Below, piece after piece: positions 22,814 to 39,365 of a stretch of 53,497 nucleotides of DNA. This DNA comes from Macrostomum lignano (lineage: Eukaryota). Position 1 is the stretch's first letter. The number at the start of each line of letters is the position of its first letter. The position numbers were made by a program, and so were the translations under genes. Below the pieces are notes generated by a model. That model was not told the origin of the DNA. It worked only from the letters and a program-made list of their open reading frames with translations, and did not search any database. The stretch covers positions 1-53,497 of the forward strand of contig NIVC01004244.1 in NCBI GenBank assembly GCA_002269645.1, in the 5' to 3' direction.

Positions 22814-24742
22814 TAGGTCTCTATTACTTATTATTGAAGACAAGTCCCTATGGCTTCTAGTCAATCTGGCAACAAGACAATCTAGCAACAATTTTTTTAT
22901 TATGGATTTTATGGATTTTAGATATAAACAAAACTTTATATGCACATAGCTTTCAATTTTATAATATAGATAATTCACTTTAGGATGGAAATGCAAAATG
23001 TATGATTATACTTAATTGACTTACTTGACTTAATTTTAAATGTTTTAATATATCTAATAAAACTTAAATGTAGAATTTAGTGAAAAAAGAATGTATCAAT
23101 TTAATGCAATTTCCTATTTCTATGCAATATTATCATTATAAGAAAACAAGCTATTCAAACCTGCATATTTTTAACCAATCCACATTGCCATATATGCACT
23201 ATACTCCTTTAGGGCCTAATCCAATCTGATTGATAATTCCTATTTTCAATCCATGGAGCTATTTTGCAAACTTTATTAAAATAAATAGTTTACTATTAAG
23301 CTATTAAAAAACTCTATTTAAAATTATCTTGATACAAGCCTTTACCAATCCTAATAATATTTTCCATTGCAATATAAAATAGGGACCTAAGACTAGTTGT
23401 ATGGTACTTAAACTAGGCATAGCCTAGGCCTAAAAGACAAACAAAAATAGGCCTAAGCCTAGTTTAAATGCAATGGGTTGGAGAAGCTATTTAATCTAAT
23501 ACCTTACCTAGAACTAGAACCTAGATTAGGCCTAGGCCTAGAACCTAGACCTAGTTGAGCAAATAAGCCAAATCTAGCTAAATGAAAACATTAAGCCTAT
23601 TACCAACTAATGACTAATTTTTGATATGACTATTTCTTAGGCTAATAATTATTATATTTAGACTTAGTGATTAATTACTGACGTGGATTAGGCCTAGGCC
23701 CCTACCTTAGATTAGGCATCCATCAACATAGCTGCCATAGCAAGCTAGCTAACTAAGCACATTATACAGCCAAAAATATTTTGCCTGGCCACCTCTGCCT
23801 AGCTCAGTTTGTCCAAAGTTTAACTGTTCACAGTGCATTAACTTTAAGTCAAGTTCAATGCAGGCTAACAGTAACAGTAGCAGTGTCAAAAGTTAGGCTG
23901 GCTGGGCATGGTCGAAGGTCGAGAAACGAAAATTAAGAACGAAGGAATTTCTTCTTAGTTAGACCAAAGAACACCATAGTTCAAATACCACTCACTGATG
24001 AAACTTTTCTTATCTTATCTTTTTTTTCAATTAAGACGTTGCGAGCGCAAGCATAGCACTAATCTTATTCGTACAGTATATCAGTAAGTCAATAGCAGCA
24101 TGGATCGGATTTTTCAGGGTGAAACCGTAAATTCTGAGTAATTCAAAGAAAATATAGCTCTAACAAACTAATGCACGATTTACTCAATTAAAAATTTAAA
24201 ATGTATTTTAAGGTTAAAAAATAATTCCGTTTTTTATTATTTATAATAATAAAAATAGCTGCTTGTTAAGCCAAACAAAATCTTTCGAGTATTAGTTTCA
24301 AAAAAACTAATTTATAAGAAACTTTGATCTTCATACAGATAAAAACGGGTTTGAGTTGGAATTACTTTACGCAGTAGTACGAAGTACGGTTAAGTGTTTT
24401 CTTTTTTCGTTTATTTTTTGTTCAAAGCAATAAATTTAGATACAATCACATCTTTGTCAGAAAGTTGGGTTATAGCACCGAATTATTATTTATACTATTG
24501 TCCAAGAGGATTTGCATTTGATTTAATGTTAATATTAAATATTATTATTGTTATTATTTATTCTTATTATTAAAAGACGATGTTTGCTATTAAACAGAGC
24601 TATATTTTGTTATAGCACCGGACAGAACCTCTGCTGAATATATATCCAAACTAGCTAGCTCATAGCCTAGCTCTCACATTTTTCAATTGTGAAATTAAGT
24701 ATTGTTACATTATGTCATTACATACTACAATTTATAAGACTA

Positions 24743-27856
<3,114 letters not shown>

Positions 27857-29097
27857 CGAGGCCAACTCCTCCTTCGGAGAAGAAAGGGGAAGAACTCCAA
27901 TCAGCGGAATTCCATTCCCTGAACTCCATCAGCGGAATCCCATTTTCCAACACCTCTCCGCGCAACAGAAATCGTCTCCGTGAAACTGAACACTATCGAA
28001 ATCCTCTCCGTGAAACTGAACACCATCGAAATATTCTCCGCGAAATAGAAATCCTCTCCGTGAAACTGGACTAAATCGAAATTTCTACGTCAAACAGCCC
28101 AGCTCTCTGAATTCATTGGTTAGGGTTAGGGTTAGAGCCACACACAGCTGCGTGTTGAAAGGCGCCGTAAAAACATTGAACCAATTAAATTGCGCAACTT
28201 ATTTCTCAGGCAGTCAGTATCAGCCTCAGTTAAAGTTAACAAAAAGATTGCGCAATCTAAATCAACCCTCAAATACACAGCAACCGACCCCCCTTCCAAT
28301 ACGCAGTGCAGCTAGAAATTGAACCCCTCCCCCACCAGGGTCGGTCGAACCCCCATTTAACTCCAAAATGAGAACAATCTTTGCTGAAAGCTAAAAGTAT
28401 GAAAATCTTTTCTTGAATGCTGTGAATTTAATTTTCATATTTAAAGCAAAAAACTTATATCCCCGAACTCATCGCAGCAAGATCTTTCCAGCAATATAAG
28501 TCTCTCTTCTCTAAGTTCAAAACTCGAGCAACAGTTAGTGTTTGAAAATTTCTGATTTTAAGCATTGAAATATCGAGTGTACGTTCACTGCCTGCTAAAG
28601 ATGCTCGCAAGTTTATGCATTAAAATGCACTGAATTTCACTGTGCAAAAAAATACACAGGGCTTCCTGTTAAAAAACAGAACACAAATAGTTGCGCAATT
28701 GTCTATAAAGTCAGCCAGTGAGCCAGGGTCCGATTGTACACACGCCGCCAATGAGAACGCGCCCATTCCCCCACAGGAGAGAAAATGCACTGGCGACATA
28801 GGAAAAAGTTGTGGCGTAATCACTCAAAATTTATGCCAATTTTCAGCTCCGAGCAGAAAGAGGGGACAAATAAGATTATCAAAGGTCAGAATTGCTGCTT
28901 TCTGCTTTTTTAGGGATCTTTAAATTTAAAAATGAAAGATTAAAATAGCCTAAGCCATCCTCGGAAAATTTGCAGTTTTCCCATATAAGTTTCCCATATA
29001 AGTTTCAACGCTGACTTGCAAGTACTCTAGGAAGAGTTATCGAACTGACATACATACATACACACAGACAAACAACGCACCAACTTTAGTATTTAGA
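27857..29097 (-). mobile_element. Non-autonomous Helitron-like element, family B, diverged short copy
   Basis: 5' TCTAAATACTAAAG plus microsatellite; 3' hairpin then CTCG joined directly to the TC of family A copy 1. Confidence 0.7.
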
Positions 29098-31537
29098 AGT
29101 GGAACTCCTCCTTCGGAGGAGAAAGGGGAAGAACTCCCATCACCGGAATTCCATTCCCTGAAATATCCATCAACTGAAATTCCACGTTTTGAACCCTATC
29201 TTCCAAATCGTCTCCAAATTCTTTACAAAACTTTTCAAAGACCTTTTCAAAGACCTTTACAAAACTTTTCTCCTCTCTCTTGACTCTCTTCTCTCTCCTC
29301 TCTCTTATCTCATCTCTACCCCTACTCCCTTATTTATCTCTTCTCCCTCGTCTTTCGTCTGTACCCTCTCCTGTCTCTTGTCCCGTCTCTTCTCTCTTAT
29401 CTCTCCTTCTTCTCTCCTCTCTCATATGTCATCTCTACTCACTTATCTATCGTCTCTCTTAACCCTCTCTCTCTCTCTTCTCTTTTTTTCCTCTCCCTGC
29501 TCCTTTCATCTTCTCCCCTCTCTTCTCTAATCTCTAATCTCTTCTCTCTTATGTTCTCACTCATCTCTTCTCATCGCATCTCTCATCTCTCCTCTCCTCT
29601 CCTCACTACTTTCCTCTCTTAACTCTCTCATCTCTGATCTTTCATCTCTCTCCTCTCTCCTCTCTCTCTTCTCCTTTCGCTTCTCTCTCCTCTCTCTCCT
29701 CTCATCTCTACTACCTTATTTATATCTTCTCCCTGGTCTTTTGTCTCTACTCTCTCCTGTCTCCTGTCTCCCCTCTTTTCTCCTCTCTTCTCTCTCCTCT
29801 CTCCCCCCCTCTCTTATCTCTCATCTCCTCATCTCACTCTTTCTTTCTCCTCTACTCTCCCCTCTCTTCTATTTCCTCTGTACGCTCTTATCCCTCATCT
29901 ATTCTCTCTCCTATCATCTCTCTTGTCTCTCTCTGCTATCTCATATCTCCCATCTCATCTCATCTCCTCTCTCCTCTTCTCTTCTCTCTCCTTCGTTCCC
30001 GCCTTACTCCCCTTTTCTCTCCCATCTGTCATGTCTTATCTCTCCACTCATTTCTACTCTGTTTTCTATCATCTAATCTCTCTTCTCTTTTCATTCTTCT
30101 CTTTACTCTCTTCTCTGACTGATTGAAGATGCCAAATCCATCAAGATCCTCTCCGCGAAGCAGAAATCCTGTCCGTGCAACTGAAAACCATCGAAATCCG
30201 CTCCGTGAAACTGGACTCCTTCGAAATCATCTCCTTGAAACTTAAATCCATCAAAATTGTCTCCATAAAACAGAACTCAATCATAAATTATCTCCGCGAA
30301 ACAGAAATCCTCTCCGTGAAGCTGAACATCATCGAAATCCTCTCCGTGAAACTGAACACCATCGAAATCCTCTCCACGAAACAGAAATCCTCTCCGTCAA
30401 AATTAAAACATTGAAATCGTCTCCGCTAAACTGGACTCAATCGAATTTTTTCCGCCAAACAACTCAACTCTCCGGATTCATTGGTTAGGGTTAGGGTTAG
30501 GGTTATTTTTTCCGCCAAACAACTCAACTCTCCGGATTCATTGGTTAGGGTTAGGGTTAGGGTTAGGGTTAGGGTTAGAACTACACACAGCTAGCTTCGT
30601 GTTAAAAGGCACTGATGAAAATATTGAACTAATTGAATCAATTAATTGCGCAACCGATTTCACAGTCAGTCAGTCAGTATCAGTCTCAGTTAAAGTTAGC
30701 AAAAACATTGCGCAATCTAAATCAACCCTCCAATACACAGCAGCAGTGAGAAGTTGAACCCTCCCCCAACTTTATCTATTACGTCTCGCAAAACTGAGTA
30801 CAATCTTTGCAGAAAGTTAAATTATGGAAATAGTTTTTCAAATGCTGTGCTTTTTCTTTTCATATTTAAAGCAAACAATTTATATCCCCGAACTCAGCGT
30901 TGCAAGATCTTTCCAGCAATATAAGTCTCTCCTCTCAAAGTTTAAAACTCGAGGAACAGTTAGCGTTTGAAATTTACCGATTTCCCGACTGCTTGCTAGA
31001 GAAGCTCGCAATTCATTGAATTTCACTGCCAAACTAATACACAGGGCTGCCTATGGAGAAAAAAGGCGCCAATAATAAAACCAAATGAATCTCGACACAG
31101 TCCTATCTATCTGTTTACACTGTACAACTGCTATGTACAAACAGCCCAAGCCCAACCCCCCGTTCTGGGGGAAGCATTAAATTTAACTGAACCCCCCAAC
31201 ACGCGGGGGGTTTTATTTGCATTGAACCCAGAACACGCGCACCCACCACCCCTCAATACACAGCGGCCCGCGGGCGGAGGTTGGGGTGGCTATTTTTACA
31301 AACTGGCTTCAGCCCCAGGCAGAGTAGCCAAAGAAGGTTATTGGGGGTTAAAAAAGCAGTTTTCTGCTTTTTTAGGGATGTTAAAATGTGAAAATTAAAA
31401 ATTAAAATAGCCTAAAGCCTGATCCGGAAAATTTGCAGTTTTCCCATATAAGTTTCGACGCTGACTTGCCAGAATTGTAGGAGTTCACTTACAACATACA
31501 TACACACAAACAACGCACCACTTTTAGTATTAAGAGA
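29098..31537 (-). mobile_element. Helitron-like family B, long variant with expanded TTAGGG tracts
   Basis: 5' A|TCTCTTAATACTAAAAG; 3' hairpin CTCCTCCGAAGGAGGAG but atypical end; 60-bp internal duplication near 30445-30565. Confidence 0.7.
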
Positions 31538-31753
31538 TTCCCGACTGCTTGCTAGAGAAGCTCGCAATTCATTGAATTTCACTGCCAAGCTAATACACAG
31601 GGCTGCCTATGGAGAAAAAAGGCGCCAATAATAAAACCAATTGAATCTCGACACAGTCCTGATTCCTATCTATCTGTTTACACTGTACAACTGCTATGTA
31701 CACTCAGCCCAAGCCCAACCCCCCGTTCTGGGGGAAGCATTAAATTTAACTGA
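31538..31753 (-). mobile_element. Internal fragment of Helitron-like family B
   Basis: Matches 42198-42413 by eye. Confidence 0.7.
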
Positions 31754-31788
31754 TGGATGTCAGTTTCACTCAGAGGATTTCCATGGAG

Positions 31789-34700
31789 TGTTTGTGTGTA
31801 TGTATGTTGTAAGTGAACTCCTACAATACTGCCAAGTCAGCGTCGAAACTTATATGGGAAAACTGCAAATTTTCCGGAGCAGGCTTTAGGCTATTTTAAT
31901 TTTTAATTTTCACATTTTAACATCCCTAAAAAAGCAGAAAACTGCTTTTTTAACCCCCAATAACCTTCTTTGGCCACTCTGCCTGGGGCTGCAGCCAGTT
32001 TGTAAAAATAGCCACCCAACCTCCGCCCGCGGGCCGCTGTGTATTGAGGGGTGGTGGGTGCGAGTGGAAATAAAACCCCCGCGTGTGGGGGGGGGTTCAG
32101 TTAAATTTAATGCTTCCCCCAGAACGGGGGTAGGGCTTGGGCTGAGTGTACATAGCAGTTGTACAGTGTAAATAGATAGACTGTGTCGAGATTCATTTGG
32201 TTTTATTATTGGCAGCCCTGTGTATTAGTTTGGCAGTGAAATTCAATGAATAAACTTGCGAGCTTCTCTAGCAAGCAGTCGGGAAATTGGTAAATTTCAA
32301 ACGCTAACTGTTCCTCGAGTTTTAAACTTTGAGAGGAGAGACTTATATTGCTGGAAAGATCTTGCAACGCTGAGTTCGGGAATATAAGTTGTATGCTTTA
32401 AATATAAAAAGAAAAAGCACAGCATTTAAAAAACTATTTCCATACTTTTAACTTTCTGCAAAAACTGTAATCAGTTTTGCGAGACGTAATAGATAAAGTT
32501 GGGCGTATTGGAAGGGGGTCTGCCGCTGCGTATTGGAGGGTTGATTTAGATTGCGCAACCGTTTATTTAACTTTAAATAAGACTGATACTGTCTGACTGA
32601 GAAATGGTTTGCGCAATTAATTGATTCAATTAATTCAACACGCAGCTCTGTGCAGCTCTAACCCTAACCCTAACCAATGAATTCTGAAAGTTAAGTTCTT
32701 TTTGACAGAGAAAATTTCGATTGAGTCCAGTTTCACGGAGTATTCTGATGGTTTTCGGTTTCACGGAGAGGATTTCTTTTTCGTGGAGAGAATCTAGATG
32801 TATTTCTGTTTTACGGAGACGATTTTGATGGATGTCAGTTTCACTCAGAGGATTTCCATGGAGCCCAGTTTCACGGAGGGGATTTCTGTTTCGCGGATTG
32901 GATTTCAAAAGGAGTCCAGTTTCACGGAGAGGGTTTCTGTTTCGCGGAGAGGATTTCTGTTTCGCGGAGAGGATTTCTGTTTCGCGGAGAGGATTTCTGT
33001 TTCACGGAGGGATTTTGATGGATTTGGTATCTTCAGTCAGTCAGTAAAGAGAGTAAAGAGAAGAGTGAAAAGAGAAGAGAGAAGAGATGAGAGAGGACAG
33101 ATTAGACATGACAGATGGGAGAGAAGAGGGGAGTAACGCGGGAACGAAGAGGGAGAGAGAAGAAAAGAGGAGAGAGGAGATGAGAGGGAAGATATGAGAT
33201 AGCAGAGGGAGACAGGAGAGATGAGAGGAGAGAGAAGAGAGGAGCTGAGAGTAGAGGAGAAAGAAATAGTGAGATGAGGCATGAGGGATGAGAGATGAGA
33301 GAGGAGAGAAGAGAGGAGAGAGGAGAAAACAGGGGATAAAGGAGACAGGAGAGAAAGACGAAAGACGAGGGAGAAGAGATAAATAAGGTGGTAGAGATGA
33401 GAGACGTGAGAGGAGAGAAAAGAGAAGAGAGGAGACAGAAGAATCTGAGTCTGGACAATGGCAGTCAGTTTTTGCGAACAGGGAAAACAAGATATGGTAT
33501 TTGAAAGGCTTTACAGAGGATTTGGAGATGATTTGGAAGATGGGATTCAAGTCATGGAATTTCAGCTAATGGATTTCAGGGAATGGAATTCCGGTGATGG
33601 GAGTTCTTCCCCTTTCTCCTCCAGAGGAGGAGTTGGCCTCGTCCTTATACTAAAAGTGGTGCGTTGTTTGTGTGTATGTATGTTGTAAGTGAACTCCTAC
33701 AATACTGCCAAGTCAGCGTCGAAACTTATATGGGAAATCTGCAAATTTTCCGGAGCAGGCTTTAGGCTATTTTAATTTGTAATTTTCACATTTTAACATC
33801 CCTAAAAAAGCAGAAAACTGCTTTTTTAACCCCCAATAACCTTCTTTGGCCACTCTGCCTGGGGCTGCAGCCAGTTTGTAAAAATAGCCACCCAACCTCC
33901 GCCCGCGGGCCGCTGTGTATTGAGGGGTGGTGGGTGCGCGTGTTCTGGGTTCAATGCAAATAAAACCCCCCGCGTGTTGGGGGTTTAGTTAAATTTAATG
34001 CTTCCCCCAGAACGGGGGTTGGGTTTGGGCTGTTTGTACATAGCAGTTGTACAGTGTAAACAGATAGATAGGACTGTGTCGAGATTCATTTGGTTTTATT
34101 ATTGGCGCCTTTTTTCTCCATAGGCAGCCCTGTGTATTAGTTTGGCAGTGAAATTCAATGAATTGCGAGCTTCTCTAGCAAGCAGTCGGGAAATCGGTAA
34201 ATTTCAAACGCTAACTGTTCCTCGAGTTTTAAACTTTGAGAGGAGAGACTTATATTGCTGGAAAGATCTTGCAACGCTGAGTTCGGGAATATAAGTTGTA
34301 TGCTTTAAATATGAAAAGAAAAAGCACAGCATTTAAAAAACTATTTCCATACTTTTAACTTTCTGCAAAAACTGTAATCAGTTTTGCGAGACGTAATAGA
34401 TAAAGTTGGGCGTATTGGAAGGGGGTCTGCCGCTGCGTATTGGAGGGTTGATTTAGATTGCGCAACCGTTTATTTAACTTTAAATAAGACTGATACTGTC
34501 TGACTGAGAAATGGTTTGCGCAATTAATTGATTCAATTAATTCAACACGCAGCTCTGTGCAGCTCTAACCCTAACCCTAACCAATGAATTCTGAAAGTTA
34601 AGTTCTTTTTGACAGAGAAAATTTCGATTGAGTCCAGTTTCACGGAGTATTCTGATGGTTTTCGGTTTCACGGAGAGGATTTCTTTTTCGTGGAGAGAAT

Positions 34701-37700
34701 CTAGATGTATTTCTGTTTTACGGAGACGATTTTGATGGATGTCAGTTTCACTCAGAGGATTTCCATGGAGCCCAGTTTCACGGAGGGGATTTCTGTTTCG
34801 CGGATTGGATTTCAAAAGGAGTCCAGTTTCACGGAGAGGGTTTCTGTTTCGCGGAGAGGATTTCTGTTTCGCGGAGAGGATTTCTGTTTCGCGGAGAGGA
34901 TTTCTGTTTCACGGAGGGATTTTGATGGATTTGGTATCTTCAGTCAGTCAGTAAAGAGAGTAAAGAGAAGAGTGAAAAGAGAAGAGAGAAGAGATGAGAG
35001 AGGACAGATTAGACATGACAGATGGGAGAGAAGAGGGGAGTAACGCGGGAACGAAGAGGGAGAGAGAAGAAAAGAGGAGAGAGGAGATGAGAGGGAAGAT
35101 ATGAGATAGCAGAGGGAGACAGGAGAGATGAGAGGAGAGAGAAGAGAGGAGCTGAGAGTAGAGGAGAAAGAAATAGTGAGATGAGGCATGAGGGATGAGA
35201 GATGAGAGAGGAGAGAAGAGAGGAGAGAGGAGAAAACAGGGGATAAAGGAGACAGGAGAGAAAGACGAAAGACGAGGGAGAAGAGATAAATAAGGTGGTA
35301 GAGATGAGAGACGTGAGAGGAGAGAAAAGAGAAGAGAGGAGACAGAAGAATCTGAGTCTGGACAATGGCAGTCAGTTTTTGCGAACAGGGAAAACAAGAT
35401 ATGGTATTTGAAAGGCTTTACAGAGGATTTGGAGATGATTTGGAAGATGGGATTCAAGTCATGGAATTTCAGCTAATGGATTTCAGGGAATGGAATTCCG
35501 GTGATGGGAGTTCTTCCCCTTTCTCCTCCAGAGGAGGAGTTGGCCTCGTCCTTATACTAAAAGTGGTGCGTTGTTTGTGTGTATGTATGTTGTAAGTGAA
35601 CTCCTACAATACTGCCAAGTCAGCGTCGAAACTTATATGGGAAAACTGCAAATTTTCCGGAGCAGGCTTTAGGCTATTTTAATTTGTAATTTTCACATTT
35701 TAACATCCCTAAAAAAGCAGAAAACTGCTTTTTTAACCCCCAATAACCTTCTTTGGCCACTCTGCCTGGGGCTGCAGCCAGTTTGTAAAAATAGCCACCC
35801 AACCTCCGCCCGCGGGCCGCTGTGTATTGAGGGGTGGTGGGTGCGCGTGTTCTGGGTTCAATGCAAATAAAACCCCCCGCGTGTTGGGGGGTTTAGTTAA
35901 ATTTAATGCTTCCCCCAGAACGGGGGGTTGGGTTTGGGCTGTTTGTACATAGCAGTTGTACAGTGTAAACAGATAGATAGGACTGTGTCGAGATTCATTT
36001 GGTTTTATTATTGGCGCCTTTTTTCTCCATAGGCAGCCCTGTGTATTAGTTTGGCAGTGAAATTCAATGAATTGCGAGCTTCTCTAGCAAGCAGTCGGGA
36101 AATCGGTAAATTTCAAACGCTAACTGTTCCTCGAGTTTTAAACTTTGAGAGGAGAGACTTATATTGCTGGAAAGATCTTGCAACGCTGAGTTCGGGAATA
36201 TAAGTTGTATGCTTTAAATATGAAAAGAAAAAGCACAGCATTTAAAAAACTATTTCCATACTTTTAACTTTCTGCAAAAACTGTAATCAGTTTTGCGAGA
36301 CGTAATAGATAAAGTTGGGCGTATTGGAAGGGGGTCTGCCGCTGCGTATTGGAGGGTTGATTTAGATTGCGCAACCGTTTATTTAACTTTAAATAAGACT
36401 GATACTGTCTGACTGAGAAATGGTTTGCGCAATTAATTGATTCAATTAATTCAACACGCAGCTCTGTGCAGCTCTAACCCTAACCCTAACCAATGAATTC
36501 TGAAAGTTAAGTTCTTTTTGACAGAGAAAATTTCGATTGAGTCCAGTTTCACGGAGTATTCTGATGGTTTTCGGTTTCACGGAGAGGATTTCTTTTTCGT
36601 GGAGAGAATCTAGATGTATTTCTGTTTTACGGAGACGATTTTGATGGATGTCAGTTTCACTCAGAGGATTTCCATGGAGCCCAGTTTCACGGAGGGGATT
36701 TCTGTTTCGCGGATTGGATTTCAAAAGGAGTCCAGTTTCACGGAGAGGGTTTCTGTTTCGCGGAGAGGATTTCTGTTTCGCGGAGAGGATTTCTGTTTCG
36801 CGGAGAGGATTTCTGTTTCACGGAGGGATTTTGATGGATTTGGTATCTTCAGTCAGTCAGTAAAGAGAGTAAAGAGAAGAGTGAAAAGAGAAGAGAGAAG
36901 AGATGAGAGAGGACAGATTAGACATGACAGATGGGAGAGAAGAGGGGAGTAACGCGGGAACGAAGAGGGAGAGAGAAGAAAAGAGGAGAGAGGAGATGAG
37001 AGGGAAGATATGAGATAGCAGAGGGAGACAGGAGAGATGAGAGGAGAGAGAAGAGAGGAGCTGAGAGTAGAGGAGAAAGAAATAGTGAGATGAGGCATGA
37101 GGGATGAGAGATGAGAGAGGAGAGAAGAGAGGAGAGAGGAGAAAACAGGGGATAAAGGAGACAGGAGAGAAAGACGAAAGACGAGGGAGAAGAGATAAAT
37201 AAGGTGGTAGAGATGAGAGACGTGAGAGGAGAGAAAAGAGAAGAGAGGAGACAGAAGAATCTGAGTCTGGACAATGGCAGTCAGTTTTTGCGAACAGGGA
37301 AAACAAGATATGGTATTTGAAAGGCTTTACAGAGGATTTGGAGATGATTTGGAAGATGGGATTCAAGTCATGGAATTTCAGCTAATGGATTTCAGGGAAT
37401 GGAATTCCGGTGATGGGAGTTCTTCCCCTTTCTCCTCCAGAGGAGGAGTTGGCCTCGTCCTTATACTAAAAGTGGTGCGTTGTTTGTGTGTATGTATGTT
37501 GTAAGTGAACTCCTACAATACTGCCAAGTCAGCGTCGAAACTTATATGGGAAAACTGCAAATTTTCCGGAGCAGGCTTTAGGCTATTTTAATTTGTAATT
37601 TTCACATTTTAACATCCCTAAAAAAGCAGAAAACTGCTTTTTTAACCCCCAATAACCTTCTTTGGCCACTCTGCCTGGGGCTGCAGCCAGTTTGTAAAAA

Positions 37701-39365
37701 TAGCCACCCAACCTCCGCCCGCGGGCCGCTGTGTATTGAGGGGTGGTGGGTGCGCGTGTTCTGGGTTCAATGCAAATAAAACCCCCCGCGTGTTGGGGGG
37801 TTTAGTTAAATTTAATGCTTCCCCCAGAACGGGGGGTTGGGTTTGGGCTGTTTGTACATAGCAGTTGTACAGTGTAAACAGATAGATAGGACTGTGTCGA
37901 GATTCATTTGGTTTTATTATTGGCGCCTTTTTTCTCCATAGGCAGCCCTGTGTATTAGTTTGGCAGTGAAATTCAATGAATTGCGAGCTTCTCTAGCAAG
38001 CAGTCGGGAAATCGGTAAATTTCAAACGCTAACTGTTCCTCGAGTTTTAAACTTTGAGAGGAGAGACTTATATTGCTGGAAAGATCTTGCAACGCTGAGT
38101 TCGGGAATATAAGTTGTATGCTTTAAATATGAAAAGAAAAAGCACAGCATTTAAAAAACTATTTCCATACTTTTAACTTTCTGCAAAAACTGTAATCAGT
38201 TTTGCGAGACGTAATAGATAAAGTTGGGCGTATTGGAAGGGGGTCTGCCGCTGCGTATTGGAGGGTTGATTTAGATTGCGCAACCGTTTATTTAACTTTA
38301 AATAAGACTGATACTGTCTGACTGAGAAATGGTTTGCGCAATTAATTGATTCAATTAATTCAACACGCAGCTCTGTGCAGCTCTAACCCTAACCCTAACC
38401 AATGAATTCTGAAAGTTAAGTTCTTTTTGACAGAGAAAATTTCGATTGAGTCCAGTTTCACGGAGTATTCTGATGGTTTTCGGTTTCACGGAGAGGATTT
38501 CTTTTTCGTGGAGAGAATCTAGATGTATTTCTGTTTTACGGAGACGATTTTGATGGATGTCAGTTTCACTCAGAGGATTTCCATGGAGCCCAGTTTCACG
38601 GAGGGGATTTCTGTTTCGCGGATTGGATTTCAAAAGGAGTCCAGTTTCACGGAGAGGGTTTCTGTTTCGCGGAGAGGATTTCTGTTTCGCGGAGAGGATT
38701 TCTGTTTCGCGGAGAGGATTTCTGTTTCACGGAGGGATTTTGATGGATTTGGTATCTTCAGTCAGTCAGTAAAGAGAGTAAAGAGAAGAGTGAAAAGAGA
38801 AGAGAGAAGAGATGAGAGAGGACAGATTAGACATGACAGATGGGAGAGAAGAGGGGAGTAACGCGGGAACGAAGAGGGAGAGAGAAGAAAAGAGGAGAGA
38901 GGAGATGAGAGGGAAGATATGAGATAGCAGAGGGAGACAGGAGAGATGAGAGGAGAGAGAAGAGAGGAGCTGAGAGTAGAGGAGAAAGAAATAGTGAGAT
39001 GAGGCATGAGGGATGAGAGATGAGAGAGGAGAGAAGAGAGGAGAGAGGAGAAAACAGGGGATAAAGGAGACAGGAGAGAAAGACGAAAGACGAGGGAGAA
39101 GAGATAAATAAGGTGGTAGAGATGAGAGACGTGAGAGGAGAGAAAAGAGAAGAGAGGAGACAGAAGAATCTGAGTCTGGACAATGGCAGTCAGTTTTTGC
39201 GAACAGGGAAAACAAGATATGGTATTTGAAAGGCTTTACAGAGGATTTGGAGATGATTTGGAAGATGGGATTCAAGTCATGGAATTTCAGCTAATGGATT
39301 TCAGGGAATGGAATTCCGGTGATGGGAGTTCTTCCCCTTTCTCCTCCAGAGGAGGAGTTGGCCTC
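31789..39365 (+). mobile_element. Head-to-tail array of four ~1.9-kb family B Helitron-like units in opposite orientation (31789-33641 5'-truncated; 33642-35548; 35549-37457; 37458-39365)
   Basis: Junctions CTCCTCCAGAGGAGGAG-TTGGC-CTCG|TCCTTATACTAAAAG at 33641/2, 35548/9, 37457/8; ORF track recurs with periods 1907, 1909, 1909. Confidence 0.85.

Noticed and set aside
30483-30578. True chromosome end
   Set aside because: Only 3-5 TTAGGG units, embedded within repeats and far from the window edges.
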